64,000 nt of DNA from Bacillota bacterium. GTDB lineage: Bacteria; Bacillota; Dehalobacteriia; UBA4068. The position numbers and the translations under genes were made by a program. Below, piece after piece: positions 28,059-39,720 of the stretch. The first letter of the stretch is position 1. Each line of letters starts with the position of its first letter. The DNA lies in assembly GCA_017440145.1 (NCBI GenBank), contig JAFSHU010000036.1:14387-78386 (forward strand), written 5' to 3'. The notes under the pieces were generated by a model. That model was given only the letters and a program-made list of their open reading frames with translations, ran no database searches and was not told the origin of the DNA.

Positions 28059-28277
28059 GTGCTTTTGTTTATAAATGTGCTCTTTTCCTGGATCCGGGTG
28101 GGGGACAATCCTTTTACGCGTTTTGTTTATGAAATGACGGAGCCCCTGCTTTCCTTGTGTCGGCGCATTCTGCCGCCGCGGCCAGGTTTTCCTCTGGATT
28201 TTTCACCTGTGCTGGCCTTTATTGGGCTGGAAATTCTTCAGCATCTTCTTACGCGCCTGGTTTTGACCATCCTGTAG
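28059..28277 (+). CDS. YggT family membrane protein (N-terminus probably extends upstream to a non-canonical start)
   Basis: YggT signature VLLFINVLFSWI...; the same frame stays open back to 27984 and encodes LFILILRIIQVAFRVYY, but the only in-frame ATG/GTG/TTG is the GTG at 28059. Confidence 0.7.
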   Translation: MLLFINVLFSWIRVGDNPFTRFVYEMTEPLLSLCRRILPPRPGFPLDFSPVLAFIGLEILQHLLTRLVLTIL

Positions 28278-28521
28278 GCAGAGAGCAAGCGCTTAAAGCA
28301 GCTGCGCTTTTGCCTGTGCAGGCTATATCGTAAGAGCGCTTCCACTGAGCTTCTTCCGGTATAGGGTCTGTGCGCTTCGTTTTTTAGTTTCCCAGAGGAG
28401 AATTGTCGGCAGTAAGCTTATGGCAGCTTGCAAAAATACGCAGCCGAGTATGAATGCCTTTCCGGCATGGTGTTTTCTGATGAAAAATCCGCCGGGGATC
28501 GGCGGCCTTCATAAAACAAAT

Positions 28522-28560
28522 AATCCGACCCATGCTGATGAGCATCGGTCGGATTTTTGT
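28522..28560. terminator. strong bidirectional rho-independent terminator
   Basis: AATCCGACC-(palindromic loop ATGCTGATGAGCAT)-GGTCGGATT followed by TTTTTGT; T-rich on the minus strand as well. Confidence 0.65.
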
Positions 28561-28674
28561 AATATGTATTGGCTTTTTGCAGGCTCCCCTTAAATCAGGG
28601 AGCCTTCTCTATATGTGGCGTGGAGATTTTTTTTTTCTCCTGCTGGATTTTCCTGCTCGATGAATTCCAATTTG

Positions 28675-29124
28675 CTACTTGATTTCAAAAGGAAGCTTAT
28701 CTGCTTGTTCCTGGTATGGGAATTTAGAAAGCTTCACCTCCGTATACTGCTGCGCAAGGCTTTCCATATCCGTCTCAAAATCATACAGATATAAATTTTC
28801 GTTGTTCATCTTCGCTTTCGCCTCAAGAATCTTTTCACCATCCGCGGTGCAGAAGGAGACGATTGGCGCCCCCTGATAAAGGTTCAGCTGAGAAGACGTC
28901 CATTGGCCTTCAACAAGCAGGAAAGCCAGCACATTCCCATAAAGCGCCTCACTGTCCTTCGTGCATATCAAATACATCTGTGAGTTATCATCAAGCCATA
29001 TCGCCTCGCTGCCCCATGGTCCTTTTTCCAGCAATACCCTTTCTTTTTGTGAATTGCTTTCACAGCTCAGCAGCCCTAAGGCACAGACTAAGATCAAAAG
29101 CAATGCCAGCCTTTTCTTCATTCC
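28675..29124 (-). CDS. hypothetical lipoprotein
   Basis: MKKRLALLLILVCALGLLSC signal peptide with an LLSC lipobox; 149 aa, no recognisable domain. The track ORF is extended upstream. Confidence 0.6.
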   Translation of the reverse strand, partial: GMKKRLALLLILVCALGLLSCESNSQKERVLLEKGPWGSEAIWLDDNSQMYLICTKDSEALYGNVLAFLLVEGQWTSSQLNLYQGAPIVSFCTADGEKILEAKAKMNNENLYLYDFETDMESLAQQYTEVKLSKFPYQEQADKLPFEIK

Positions 29125-29253
29125 GATGCCCCCTGGAAAAAGCAAGTTTATCGAACAAATACCATAGATCATCGTTTAGCTGATTCTATAAGAACAGGCA
29201 CAGCAGTTTGATCCACTGTGCCTGTTGGCTCGCCTTCTTGGCAGTTTTTCCGT

Positions 29254-30525
29254 TTATTCTTTGGTCATAATTTTTAAAATGGTGGTATCGGTTTGGCGCA
29301 TACCCTCCTGGGCTAAGATACCCACATTGGCGATGGTGTTGTCCACGCCCTTGGTAACAATGCCCTCGCCGCTCAGGAATTCCTGATCATGCAGGAACAT
29401 ATGGTAGCCCAGGATCCCTGCTTCCACCGCAGCAGCGATTTTTGCCGCACAGGAAGGCTTCGCGCCATCGCAGATCATCCCGGAAAGGATGGCCACTGCA
29501 TTTACCAGAGTATGGGCGATGGCTGTATAATCCCCGCCCAGCAGATAGGCAACGCCCGCACCGGCACCGCAGCCTGCGCTGACAGCGCCGCAATAGGCAG
29601 AAAGCTTGCCGATACCGGTTTTCTGATGCAGGGTGCAGAGGTCAGAGACCAGGAGCGCCCGATACAGCCGTTCCTGGGGGATATCGTATCTCTTCGCGTA
29701 GCGGATCACCGGCAGGGAAGCGGTCATGCCCTGGTTCCCGGAGCCGGAAAGGATGACCACGGGCAGCTCGCAGCCGCTCATGCGTGCATCGGAGCCGGCT
29801 GCTGCATAGGCCTGAGCCTCTGTTTTGATATCATCGCCAAAATCAGAGAGGATCACTTTCCCCAGATTCGCGCCCCAGTCTCCCCGGATCCCCTCCTCAG
29901 CGATGGCAGAATTGTACTCGATCTGCCGCTTCAGAAGGGATTCAACCCGGCTAAGCTCCACCTGATCCGCAAATTCCACGATCTCCTGTACAGTCAGGCT
30001 GGGCCTTTCCTTTTGAACCTGCGTGGGCTCGTCAGCCGGTGTATCCAGCAGAATCTTTCCATCCTGTTCCAAGCGAACCACATTGCAATGGCTGTTGGCG
30101 ATATGCACCACTGCCTGGTGATCACCCAGAACACCGGTGAGATGAATATCCAGCATGCGGGGGGCATCAGAGCAGCGAATGGAGATTTCTGTTTTCTCCA
30201 GATAGTCAGCAATGGCCTTTTGCTGCTCTTCTGTTACATCCTCAATGACGCGCATCATCCGGCTGGTATCCCCGGCCACGATCCCGGCCGCGATGGCAGG
30301 CGCAATGCCTTTCATTCCGCCGGTATTGGGAACAACAACGCTTTTCACATTCTTAATGATGTTGCCGCTGACCACGGCGATGATCTTTTCCGGCGTGCCG
30401 CCCAGCAATTCCCGGAGCCGCCCTGCCGCATAGGCCAGAGCAATGGGTTCTGTGCAGCCGGTGGCAGGCACCAGCTCCTGCTCAAGGAGAGCTATGTAAG
30501 CATCGACTTTTTTTGCATCGAGCAT
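29254..30525 (-). CDS. L-cysteine desulfidase family protein (UPF0597 / YhaM / CdsB-like)
   Basis: 423 aa; TGCTEPIALAYAAG motif shared with serine dehydratase alpha and YhaM-type enzymes. Confidence 0.7.
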   Translation of the reverse strand: MLDAKKVDAYIALLEQELVPATGCTEPIALAYAAGRLRELLGGTPEKIIAVVSGNIIKNVKSVVVPNTGGMKGIAPAIAAGIVAGDTSRMMRVIEDVTEEQQKAIADYLEKTEISIRCSDAPRMLDIHLTGVLGDHQAVVHIANSHCNVVRLEQDGKILLDTPADEPTQVQKERPSLTVQEIVEFADQVELSRVESLLKRQIEYNSAIAEEGIRGDWGANLGKVILSDFGDDIKTEAQAYAAAGSDARMSGCELPVVILSGSGNQGMTASLPVIRYAKRYDIPQERLYRALLVSDLCTLHQKTGIGKLSAYCGAVSAGCGAGAGVAYLLGGDYTAIAHTLVNAVAILSGMICDGAKPSCAAKIAAAVEAGILGYHMFLHDQEFLSGEGIVTKGVDNTIANVGILAQEGMRQTDTTILKIMTKE

Positions 30526-30560
30526 ATGAACACCTCATTTATTCTGCATGATAAAAATAG

Positions 30561-32329
<1,769 letters not shown>

Positions 32330-32333
<4 letters not shown>

Positions 32334-33076
32334 TTTTCTGCCACCTTTCCATCCCAATCGGAGCCAAAAAGCCGGTCCAACGCGCCGGTGACCCGGTCTT
32401 TTCCCCGGGGTGCCAGCTCTTCCAGCTGGGCCACGATTTTTTTCATCTCCTGCCTTTTTCCCAGGCAATTCTGGGGGCAGTTGCTCTTGCAGACCGGCAG
32501 GGGCGCAGTGCGGGCAAAGTAGCTGATCTGATCCTCCGGCACATAGATAAAGGGGCGGATGACGGTCAGCTCCATTCGATCCAGATAGGTGATGGGCTTG
32601 AAGGAAGCAGCCCGCCCTTCATAAAACAGATTGAGCAGCAGGGTTTCCACTGCATCATCCTGATGATGCGCCAGAGCAATTTTATTGAAGCCCTTTTCCT
32701 TGGCCAGGCTGTTCAGGGCGCCGCGGCGCATTTTGGCGCAGAGAGAGCAGGGGTTTGTTTCCTGGCGGTGATCAAAGATGATCGGGCCGATCTCGGTCTT
32801 TTCCCAAAAGAAGGGGACGTCCAGCTCCCGGCAATAGTCCTCCATAAGGGAGACATCATCCCCGGGAAAGCCCAGGCTCACATGGCCGGCCACCAGCTGG
32901 TATTTATGTTTGGAGATGCGCTGAAACTGCTTCAGCGCATAGAGCAGGGTCATGCTGTCCTTCCCGCCGGAGAGACCCACCATGATGGGGCTGTCATCCG
33001 GGATCAGGCTGTGGTTGACGATAGCCTTTTTCATTCGTTTATTGATTTCGTCGAAGCCGTGTCTCATATGGTCCAC
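32330..33076 (-). CDS. ttcA: TtcA-family tRNA 2-thiocytidine synthetase-like PP-loop ATPase
   Basis: VGLSGGKDSMTLL PP-loop; cysteine motifs CSLC and CKSNCPQNC for an Fe-S cluster; GTG start after AAGGAGA. Confidence 0.75.
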
Positions 33077-33168
33077 TTTGTCTCCTTGGATAATATTTTA
33101 GCAGGAATACCATCAGGAAAAGGCGAATAAAATAGAGTTAAATTATAGACAAGCCTGTGGAGGATACA

Positions 33169-33822
33169 ATGGCCAAAAATATAGTGAACATTAAAGGTAC
33201 CCCGTCTGGTCTGGTCTTTTATTTTGATAACGTAGAATCCGGTTTTGGGCAGCTTTGCGCCGCCCTGGAGGATAAGCTCCTCTCCAGCGGAGATTTTTTT
33301 ATCAACGCAGATTACATCATCGATAATCCCCAGCAATTTACCACGGAAGAGCTGGCAGTTGTGGAAGAGATTATGGCAAAATACCATCTGCACCGCGGGA
33401 AGGTCATGCCCCACGAGCTTCCTTCCGACGAGAAATATGAGGTTATCTACCAAACTGCCGGCGGCAACAGCCTGCTGGTGACAAAGGGCATCCGCAATGG
33501 TCAGCGCCTGTCCGTGCGGGGCAATGCCGTCATTATGGGGGACATTAACCCGGGTGGTGAGATCGTGGCCACCGGGAACATCGTGGTTATGGGTTCCTGC
33601 CGTGGCGTGCTGCATGCCGGTGCCGAGGGGGACGATAATTGCTATATTTTGGCCTATAATATGCTTGCCCAGCAGCTGCGGATCGGCTCTCATGTGGCCA
33701 CTGTCCCTACGGATGCAGGGACGACTCCTTTGAAGCTGGCTGTGGTGCAGAACAATACGATCGTTTTGATGGATTACATTCCCTCTCAGTTCAGGGAATC
33801 AATGGCAGTTGAGGAGGGTTAA
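33169..33822 (+). CDS. minC: septum site-determining protein MinC
   Basis: IKGTPSGLVFYFD N-domain and C-terminal beta-helix GNAVIMGDINPGGEIVATGNIVVMGSCRGVLHAG; no minD or minE downstream. Confidence 0.8.
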   Translation: MAKNIVNIKGTPSGLVFYFDNVESGFGQLCAALEDKLLSSGDFFINADYIIDNPQQFTTEELAVVEEIMAKYHLHRGKVMPHELPSDEKYEVIYQTAGGNSLLVTKGIRNGQRLSVRGNAVIMGDINPGGEIVATGNIVVMGSCRGVLHAGAEGDDNCYILAYNMLAQQLRIGSHVATVPTDAGTTPLKLAVVQNNTIVLMDYIPSQFRESMAVEEG

Positions 33823-36439
33823 GCCTTTGACTATTGTAACACCGATGATGCGGCAATATCAAGAAGTGAAGGCTGAATATCCTGATTGTTTATTGTTCTT
33901 CCGCCTCGGTGATTTTTACGAATTGTTTTTTGAGGATGCCCAAACGGCTTCCCGGGAGTTAAATATTGTACTTACTGCCAGGGATGGAGGAAAGGGGACG
34001 AAGGTCCCCATGTGCGGTGTACCCTTCCATTCCGCAAGCAATTACCTGGCCCGCCTGATCGAAAAAGGCTATAAGGTTGCCATCTGTGAGCAGCTGGAGG
34101 ATCCGAAATCTGTTAAAGGCCTTGTCAAACGGGGTGTGGTGCGCGTTGTTACCCCTGGCACCGTGGTAGAAGAGAATATGCTGGACGAAAAGCAGCATAA
34201 CTACCTGGCTGCCTGCTGGCGGGAAAGCCGCCGCGGCTCCGGTTTTGGTCTGGCTTATGTAGATATTTCCAGTGGGGAGTTTTTGGTTACTCAATTTACC
34301 GGTGAGGAAGCCGAAGGCGAAGTGGCGGACGAGCTTTGCCGCATTCATCCGGCAGAATTGATTCTGCAGGAGGCTTTGTATCAGGATGAGGGCTTCCGCG
34401 CCCATTTCTGGGATAAAAGCGTAGGCAGCTTCAGCCTTTGCCCGGAGGAAGCTTTCATAAAAAACAACTACCGGGAGCTTTTGCAGACCCATTTTCGTGT
34501 AGCCTCTTTGGAAAGTCTGGGCCTGGGGGAACGCCCCCTGGCTGCTCTGGCAGCGGAAATGATTCTTTATTTCCTGCAGCATACGCAGAAGCGCTCTCTG
34601 GATTATATCGATAAACTGCAGGTTTATGATTGCGGCGCCTTTATGTTTTTGGATGCTGCAAGCAGACGAAACCTGGAATTGACAGCTACGCTGAGAAACA
34701 ATCATCGGCGTGGCTCTTTGTTATGGGTGCTGGATGATACCCAGACCTCCATGGGGACCCGCCTGCTGAAAAAATGGCTGGAAAGCCCCTTGCTTTCCGC
34801 GGAGGGGATCAATCATCGTCTGGATGCCGTGGAGGAATTGATCGAAGCGCCGCATATTTTCAATGAGCTGCGGGCGCTTTTAAAAGAGCTTTATGATATG
34901 CCGCGATTGATCTCCCGCATTTGCTACGGCAATGCAGGCCCCAGAGATTTGAGCGCTCTGAAGCAGACTGCCGCCCGGATGCCGGGGATCTCCGCTCTTT
35001 TATCCCAGCTGAAAAGCCCCTTATATCAGCTTCTTTTCGATTCTCTGGATCCTTTGGAGGATATTTACAGCCTGATCGATGCCTCCATCAGCCCGGAGCC
35101 GCCTCTCTCTCCCCGGGACAGTGGCGTGATTCGTAAGGGCTATCATGCGGAAGTGGACGAGCTGCGCAGCCTCTCCGGCTCCACCAAGGAGCTGCTTCTG
35201 CAGATGGAAGCCCGGGAGCGGGAGCGTACCGGCATTAAAACGCTGAAGATCAGCTACAACAAAGTTTTTGGCTATTATATTGAAATTTCCAAGAGCCGGG
35301 CTGCGGAGGCCCCGGTGGATTATGTGCGAAAGCAGACCCTGGTCAATGGGGAACGCTTTATCACGGACGAATTGAAGCAGCTGGAAACCCGCATTCTCAG
35401 CGCAGGAGAGCGGCTGGCGGATCTGGAATACGGCCTGTTTACGCAGATTCGGGAGCAGGTGGCTGCTGCCGCTAATCGCATCCTGCAATGCTCTGATGTT
35501 CTGGCAAATCTGGATGTGCTGCAATCTCTGGCTTCCGTGGCCCTGGAAAACGGCTACTGCAAGCCCATTGTCAATGATGAAGCTGCACTTATCATCAAGG
35601 ATGGCCGCCACCCCGTAGTGGAGAAGATCATCGGCCGGGAGAATTTTACGCCGAATGATACATATCTGGATCGGGGCAGCCAGCGCATGATGCTCATTAC
35701 CGGCCCAAATATGGCAGGGAAAAGCACCTATATGCGGCAGGTGGCTTTGATTGTGCTCATGGCGAGAATGGGCTCCTTTGTCCCTGCCTCTGCTGCGCAG
35801 ATCGGCTATTTTGACCGCATTTTCACCCGGGTTGGCGCTGCGGATGATCTGGCCTCCGGGCAGAGTACCTTCATGGTGGAAATGAACGAAACCTCGAATA
35901 TCCTGCGCCACGCCACGAAGGATAGCCTCATCATTCTGGATGAGATCGGTCGTGGAACCTCCACCTTTGATGGGCTTTCCATTGCCGGAGCCGTGGCGGA
36001 ATACATCATTCAGGATCGCTGCGGCGCAAAGACACTCTTTGCCACCCATTATCATGAATTAACTGCCTTGAGTGAGACCTATCCTTTGATTTGCAATTAT
36101 TCCATTGCCGTGAAGGAGAAGGGGCACAGCATCATCTTCCTGCGAAAGATCGTCAAAGGTGCTGCGGATAAAAGCTATGGGATCCAGGTGGCTCGTCTGG
36201 CCGGTCTGCCCCAGGCTGTTTTGGCCCGTGCAGCGGATATTCTCAGGCAGCTTGAGACGGAAAACCATATGCAGGCATTGGATCTGAGTGAGCAGATTTG
36301 CTTTGATGCCCTGCTGAAAGATACGGAGCCTGTGCCGGAGCCGCCGATCCTGGCAGAATTGCGGAATCTGGATGTGGATGCCCTGACACCGCTCCAGGCT
36401 CTGATGAAAATCAATGAATGGAAGAGTGAATTGAATTGA
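33809..36439 (+). CDS. mutS: DNA mismatch repair protein MutS
   Basis: TPMMRQYQEVK N-terminus, Walker A GPNMAGKSTYMRQ, 876 aa; overlaps the minC 3' end. Confidence 0.95.
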   Translation: MRRVKPLTIVTPMMRQYQEVKAEYPDCLLFFRLGDFYELFFEDAQTASRELNIVLTARDGGKGTKVPMCGVPFHSASNYLARLIEKGYKVAICEQLEDPKSVKGLVKRGVVRVVTPGTVVEENMLDEKQHNYLAACWRESRRGSGFGLAYVDISSGEFLVTQFTGEEAEGEVADELCRIHPAELILQEALYQDEGFRAHFWDKSVGSFSLCPEEAFIKNNYRELLQTHFRVASLESLGLGERPLAALAAEMILYFLQHTQKRSLDYIDKLQVYDCGAFMFLDAASRRNLELTATLRNNHRRGSLLWVLDDTQTSMGTRLLKKWLESPLLSAEGINHRLDAVEELIEAPHIFNELRALLKELYDMPRLISRICYGNAGPRDLSALKQTAARMPGISALLSQLKSPLYQLLFDSLDPLEDIYSLIDASISPEPPLSPRDSGVIRKGYHAEVDELRSLSGSTKELLLQMEARERERTGIKTLKISYNKVFGYYIEISKSRAAEAPVDYVRKQTLVNGERFITDELKQLETRILSAGERLADLEYGLFTQIREQVAAAANRILQCSDVLANLDVLQSLASVALENGYCKPIVNDEAALIIKDGRHPVVEKIIGRENFTPNDTYLDRGSQRMMLITGPNMAGKSTYMRQVALIVLMARMGSFVPASAAQIGYFDRIFTRVGAADDLASGQSTFMVEMNETSNILRHATKDSLIILDEIGRGTSTFDGLSIAGAVAEYIIQDRCGAKTLFATHYHELTALSETYPLICNYSIAVKEKGHSIIFLRKIVKGAADKSYGIQVARLAGLPQAVLARAADILRQLETENHMQALDLSEQICFDALLKDTEPVPEPPILAELRNLDVDALTPLQALMKINEWKSELN

Positions 36440-38445
36440 GTCAGCCGATTTCCATGATCCATATTCTGGACAGTCATACTGCAAACCAGATCGCCGCCGG
36501 AGAAGTGGTGGAGCGGCCTCTTTCCGTTGTGAAGGAATTGGTGGAAAATGCCATTGATTCCGGCGCCAGCATGATTACAGTGCGGCTTTATGATTGTGGC
36601 TGCGAAAAAATAAAGGTAACGGATAATGGCTGCGGCATGTCCCCGGAGGATATGCGTCTGGCTGTTCAGCGCCATGCCACCAGCAAAATTAACAAGGCGG
36701 CGGATCTGGGGGCTTTGCATACCCTGGGCTTCCGTGGGGAGGCTTTGCCGTCCATTGCTTCCGTGAGTCTGATGAGCATTACCAGCAAGCGCAAGGAGCA
36801 GGATACCGCATATCGGATGAGCATCCAGGAGGGGAAGGCCAGTCTTCCGGAGGAATGCGCCGGGACGGATGGAACCACCATTGAGGTGGATCAGCTGTTC
36901 TACAATGCACCTGCCCGGAAAAAGTTTTTGAAATCCCCCAGAACAGAGCTGGGGCTGATCAGTGATTATATCGGCCGAATGGCCATCTGCCACCGTGACA
37001 TAGCCTTTACCTTGATGAACGGGAATCATCGGATCCTCGTGACCACGGGGAAGGGGAACCTGGAGGCGGCGGTGATCGCCGTCTTTGGCCAGCAGATCAG
37101 CAAGGAGCTGCTGCCTGTCTCGAATGAAAGCGGCTCCATTTATGGTCTGATTTCCCGGCCCTCTTTTACACGGGCTGTGAGAAGCAACAGCTTTTTTGTG
37201 AATGGCCGCCTGGTGAGAAGTAAGGAACTGTCTGCTGCAGTGGATCGGGCTTATCATACGCTGATCCCGGAGAAACGCTATCCTTTTACGGTTCTCTTTT
37301 TGCAGCTGCCTCCCCAATCCATTGATGTGAATGTCCATCCTGCCAAGATGGAGATCAAGCTGCATGACCCAAAATCCGTGGAGGAAGAGATCATTCAGCT
37401 GATAAACTCCGGCCTGGAAAGCGGCTTTGAGCGGCAGCCCAGGCTGTCCATCCTGTCCCCAGTGACGCAGGCTCCCGAAGCAGCCCCTGCAGAGCAGCAG
37501 CCCTTGCCTGCCGAGCGGGAGCAGAAACCAAATTTTGGGGAGAGGAAGCCGATCAGCGGCGCTGCTTTATACAATGCCCTGGCTACAGGGGATCTTTCCG
37601 GTCTGCCTGCCAGGAGAGCAAAACCGACAGAGGCTGTCTTTTCCATGGCTCTGCCGGAGCAGGAGCATCCTTCATCGGGGAAGAAAGCCTCTGCCGAATC
37701 AGAGAATCCCAATCAGGGGCAGCTGACGCCCTTTCCCACGGCGCGGCAGGCCAAAGACCAGCAGCAGCGCCTGGATTTTCATTATGGGCAGCAATCAGCT
37801 TATGCCTCACCGGGCAGAAAAGCCCCGGGGGGAGAGATGCCTGCCAAAAGCAGCAGGCTGTCTTTTTCTTCCCTTCAGCCCATTGGGCAATTTGCCGGCA
37901 CCTTCATTCTGGCTTCTGCCGGGGATGTCCTTTATATTATCGATCAGCACGCTGCCGCAGAGCGGATCCAATATGAAAGGATATTGCAGGCTGTGGAAAA
38001 ATCCGGTAACGAATCAGAAATGCTGGCTATCCCGTTGCAGCTGGATCTTTCCTATCGGGAAACCCTGGTGCTGACCGATCACATTCTGGAGATTCGGGAT
38101 TTGGGCTTCATTTTGGAGCATTTTGGTGAGAATAGCTATATCATCCGGGGCGTACCCCTGTGGCTGGGGGATGTGGAGCCACAGCAGCTGCTCCGTGATT
38201 TTTTGGATTATGTGTATCTGCGGGGAAAGGTCCATGCGGTTGAGATGCGCAAAAAAGAATTGTTCTACATGGCTTGCCGGCGGGCCATAAAAGGAAACCG
38301 CTATCTGAGCAATGCAGATATCTCTTCTTTGTTCCGCGATCTGGATGCCTGCCGCCAGCCCGGTACCTGCCCCCATGGACGCCCCATCGCTGTGCGTATC
38401 ACATTGGAGGACATCAATAAACAGTTTTTGCGGGGCGGCATATAA
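36436..38445 (+). CDS. mutL: DNA mismatch repair protein MutL
   Basis: ANQIAAGEVVERPLSVVKELVENAIDSGA GHKL ATPase N-domain; the start may be the ATG at 36454 rather than the TTG at 36436. Confidence 0.9.
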   Translation: MSQPISMIHILDSHTANQIAAGEVVERPLSVVKELVENAIDSGASMITVRLYDCGCEKIKVTDNGCGMSPEDMRLAVQRHATSKINKAADLGALHTLGFRGEALPSIASVSLMSITSKRKEQDTAYRMSIQEGKASLPEECAGTDGTTIEVDQLFYNAPARKKFLKSPRTELGLISDYIGRMAICHRDIAFTLMNGNHRILVTTGKGNLEAAVIAVFGQQISKELLPVSNESGSIYGLISRPSFTRAVRSNSFFVNGRLVRSKELSAAVDRAYHTLIPEKRYPFTVLFLQLPPQSIDVNVHPAKMEIKLHDPKSVEEEIIQLINSGLESGFERQPRLSILSPVTQAPEAAPAEQQPLPAEREQKPNFGERKPISGAALYNALATGDLSGLPARRAKPTEAVFSMALPEQEHPSSGKKASAESENPNQGQLTPFPTARQAKDQQQRLDFHYGQQSAYASPGRKAPGGEMPAKSSRLSFSSLQPIGQFAGTFILASAGDVLYIIDQHAAAERIQYERILQAVEKSGNESEMLAIPLQLDLSYRETLVLTDHILEIRDLGFILEHFGENSYIIRGVPLWLGDVEPQQLLRDFLDYVYLRGKVHAVEMRKKELFYMACRRAIKGNRYLSNADISSLFRDLDACRQPGTCPHGRPIAVRITLEDINKQFLRGGI

Positions 38446-39413
38446 TGGAGCGAGGACAGCTTATGGAACAGAAACAAAAGCTGCTGATTGTTTTGGGGCC
38501 CACTGCCTGCGGAAAAACCGGCCTATCCCTTGCGCTTGCGAAGCGCTTTCGGGGAGAGATCGTCTCCGGCGATTCCATGCAGGTATATCGGGGCATGGAT
38601 ATCGGCACTGCCAAAATCATGCCTGATGAAATGCAGGGGCTTCCCCACCACCTGATCGATGTTCGGGATCCCCGTGAGCCTTTCAGCGTTGCGGATTTTC
38701 GCGCTTTGGCAGAGTCAGCAATCTCTGAAATCAGCGCCCGGGGCTGCCTGCCTATGGTGGTTGGCGGAACCGGTTTGTATATTGATTCTCTGTTGTATCC
38801 CTATAATTTTGCAGAAGAAATGGAAGCTTCTCCGGAGCTTCGCCAGCGTTTGCAGGAGGAATATCGTTCCCTGGGGCCGGAGGCGCTGCATCAGCGTTTG
38901 GCACTTCTGGATCCGGCAGCGGCAGAGCGGATCCACCCCAATGATGCGCATCGTTTGGTTCGCGCTTTGGAGGTTCTGGAAATTACCGGGGAGCCCATCA
39001 GCCGCCACCAGCAGGATAAATCCCGCGTTTCTCCCTACGAAGCCATTATCATCGGTTTATGCATGGAGCGTGAGTTGCTTTATGCCCGTATCGAGCAGCG
39101 TGTGGATCAGATGATTCGGCAGGGGCTGGTGGATGAAGTTCAGCGTTTGCTGGAGGCCGGCGTTCCGCCGGAAGCCAATTCCATGCAGGGGATCGGCTAT
39201 CGGCAGACAGTTGGCTATTTGCAGGGGCAATATGATCTGGAAACCGCTATCGATCTGATTAAGAGAGATACCAGGCGCTTTGCCAAAAGGCAGATCACCT
39301 GGTTCAAGCGGAATCCAGAGATTGCCTGGTTTGATGTTGGCCATTATCGCGTGGAGGGAGAATTGCCGGATCGCGTCAGCGCCTATATAAGCGGCAGACT
39401 AAAGGAGGAATGA
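38445..39413 (+). CDS. miaA: tRNA dimethylallyltransferase
   Basis: LLIVLGPTACGKTGLSLALAKRF P-loop, 322 aa. Confidence 0.9.
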   Translation: MERGQLMEQKQKLLIVLGPTACGKTGLSLALAKRFRGEIVSGDSMQVYRGMDIGTAKIMPDEMQGLPHHLIDVRDPREPFSVADFRALAESAISEISARGCLPMVVGGTGLYIDSLLYPYNFAEEMEASPELRQRLQEEYRSLGPEALHQRLALLDPAAAERIHPNDAHRLVRALEVLEITGEPISRHQQDKSRVSPYEAIIIGLCMERELLYARIEQRVDQMIRQGLVDEVQRLLEAGVPPEANSMQGIGYRQTVGYLQGQYDLETAIDLIKRDTRRFAKRQITWFKRNPEIAWFDVGHYRVEGELPDRVSAYISGRLKEE

Positions 39414-39634
39414 ACATGGATTCCGCAGGTCTGCAGGAAACTTTTTTAAACGCACTGCGTAAAGGCGGTATTCCCACTACTTTCTTTTTGATCAATGGTG
39501 TGCAGATGAAAGGCCTGGTTAAAGCTTTTGATGCCTATACTGTGGTTGTAGAAAGCGCTGGTCAGCAAAAATTGCTTTTCAAGCACGCATTGAGTACCTT
39601 GATTCCGGAAGAAAGAGTAGAGTTAAGAGCTTGA
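39410..39634 (+). CDS. hfq: RNA chaperone Hfq
   Basis: ETFLNALRKGGIPTTFFLINGVQMKGLVKAFDAYTVVV Sm1/Sm2 motifs. Confidence 0.9.
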   Translation: MNMDSAGLQETFLNALRKGGIPTTFFLINGVQMKGLVKAFDAYTVVVESAGQQKLLFKHALSTLIPEERVELRA

Positions 39635-39646
39635 TTTCAGCACAAT

Positions 39647-39680
39647 GGGGGAGGGGACATCCGGGCCGCCTCCCTTCTTG
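39647..39680 (+). terminator. putative terminator after hfq
   Basis: GGGAGG...CCTCCC GC-rich hairpin followed by TTCTTGTG (weak U-tract). Confidence 0.5.
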
Positions 39681-39720
39681 TGAGAAAAGATTATGAGTGC
39701 CAATGGGCCGGGAGGATATA

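Noticed and set aside
28420-28599. 59-codon ATG ORF inside the yggT-lipoprotein intergenic region
   Set aside because: The nearest Shine-Dalgarno is 17 nt away, the ORF reads straight through three terminator-like hairpins, and the encoded sequence has no features.
33064-33693. 209-aa minus-strand ORF opposite minC
   Set aside because: Antisense to the MinC beta-helix domain; no motifs.
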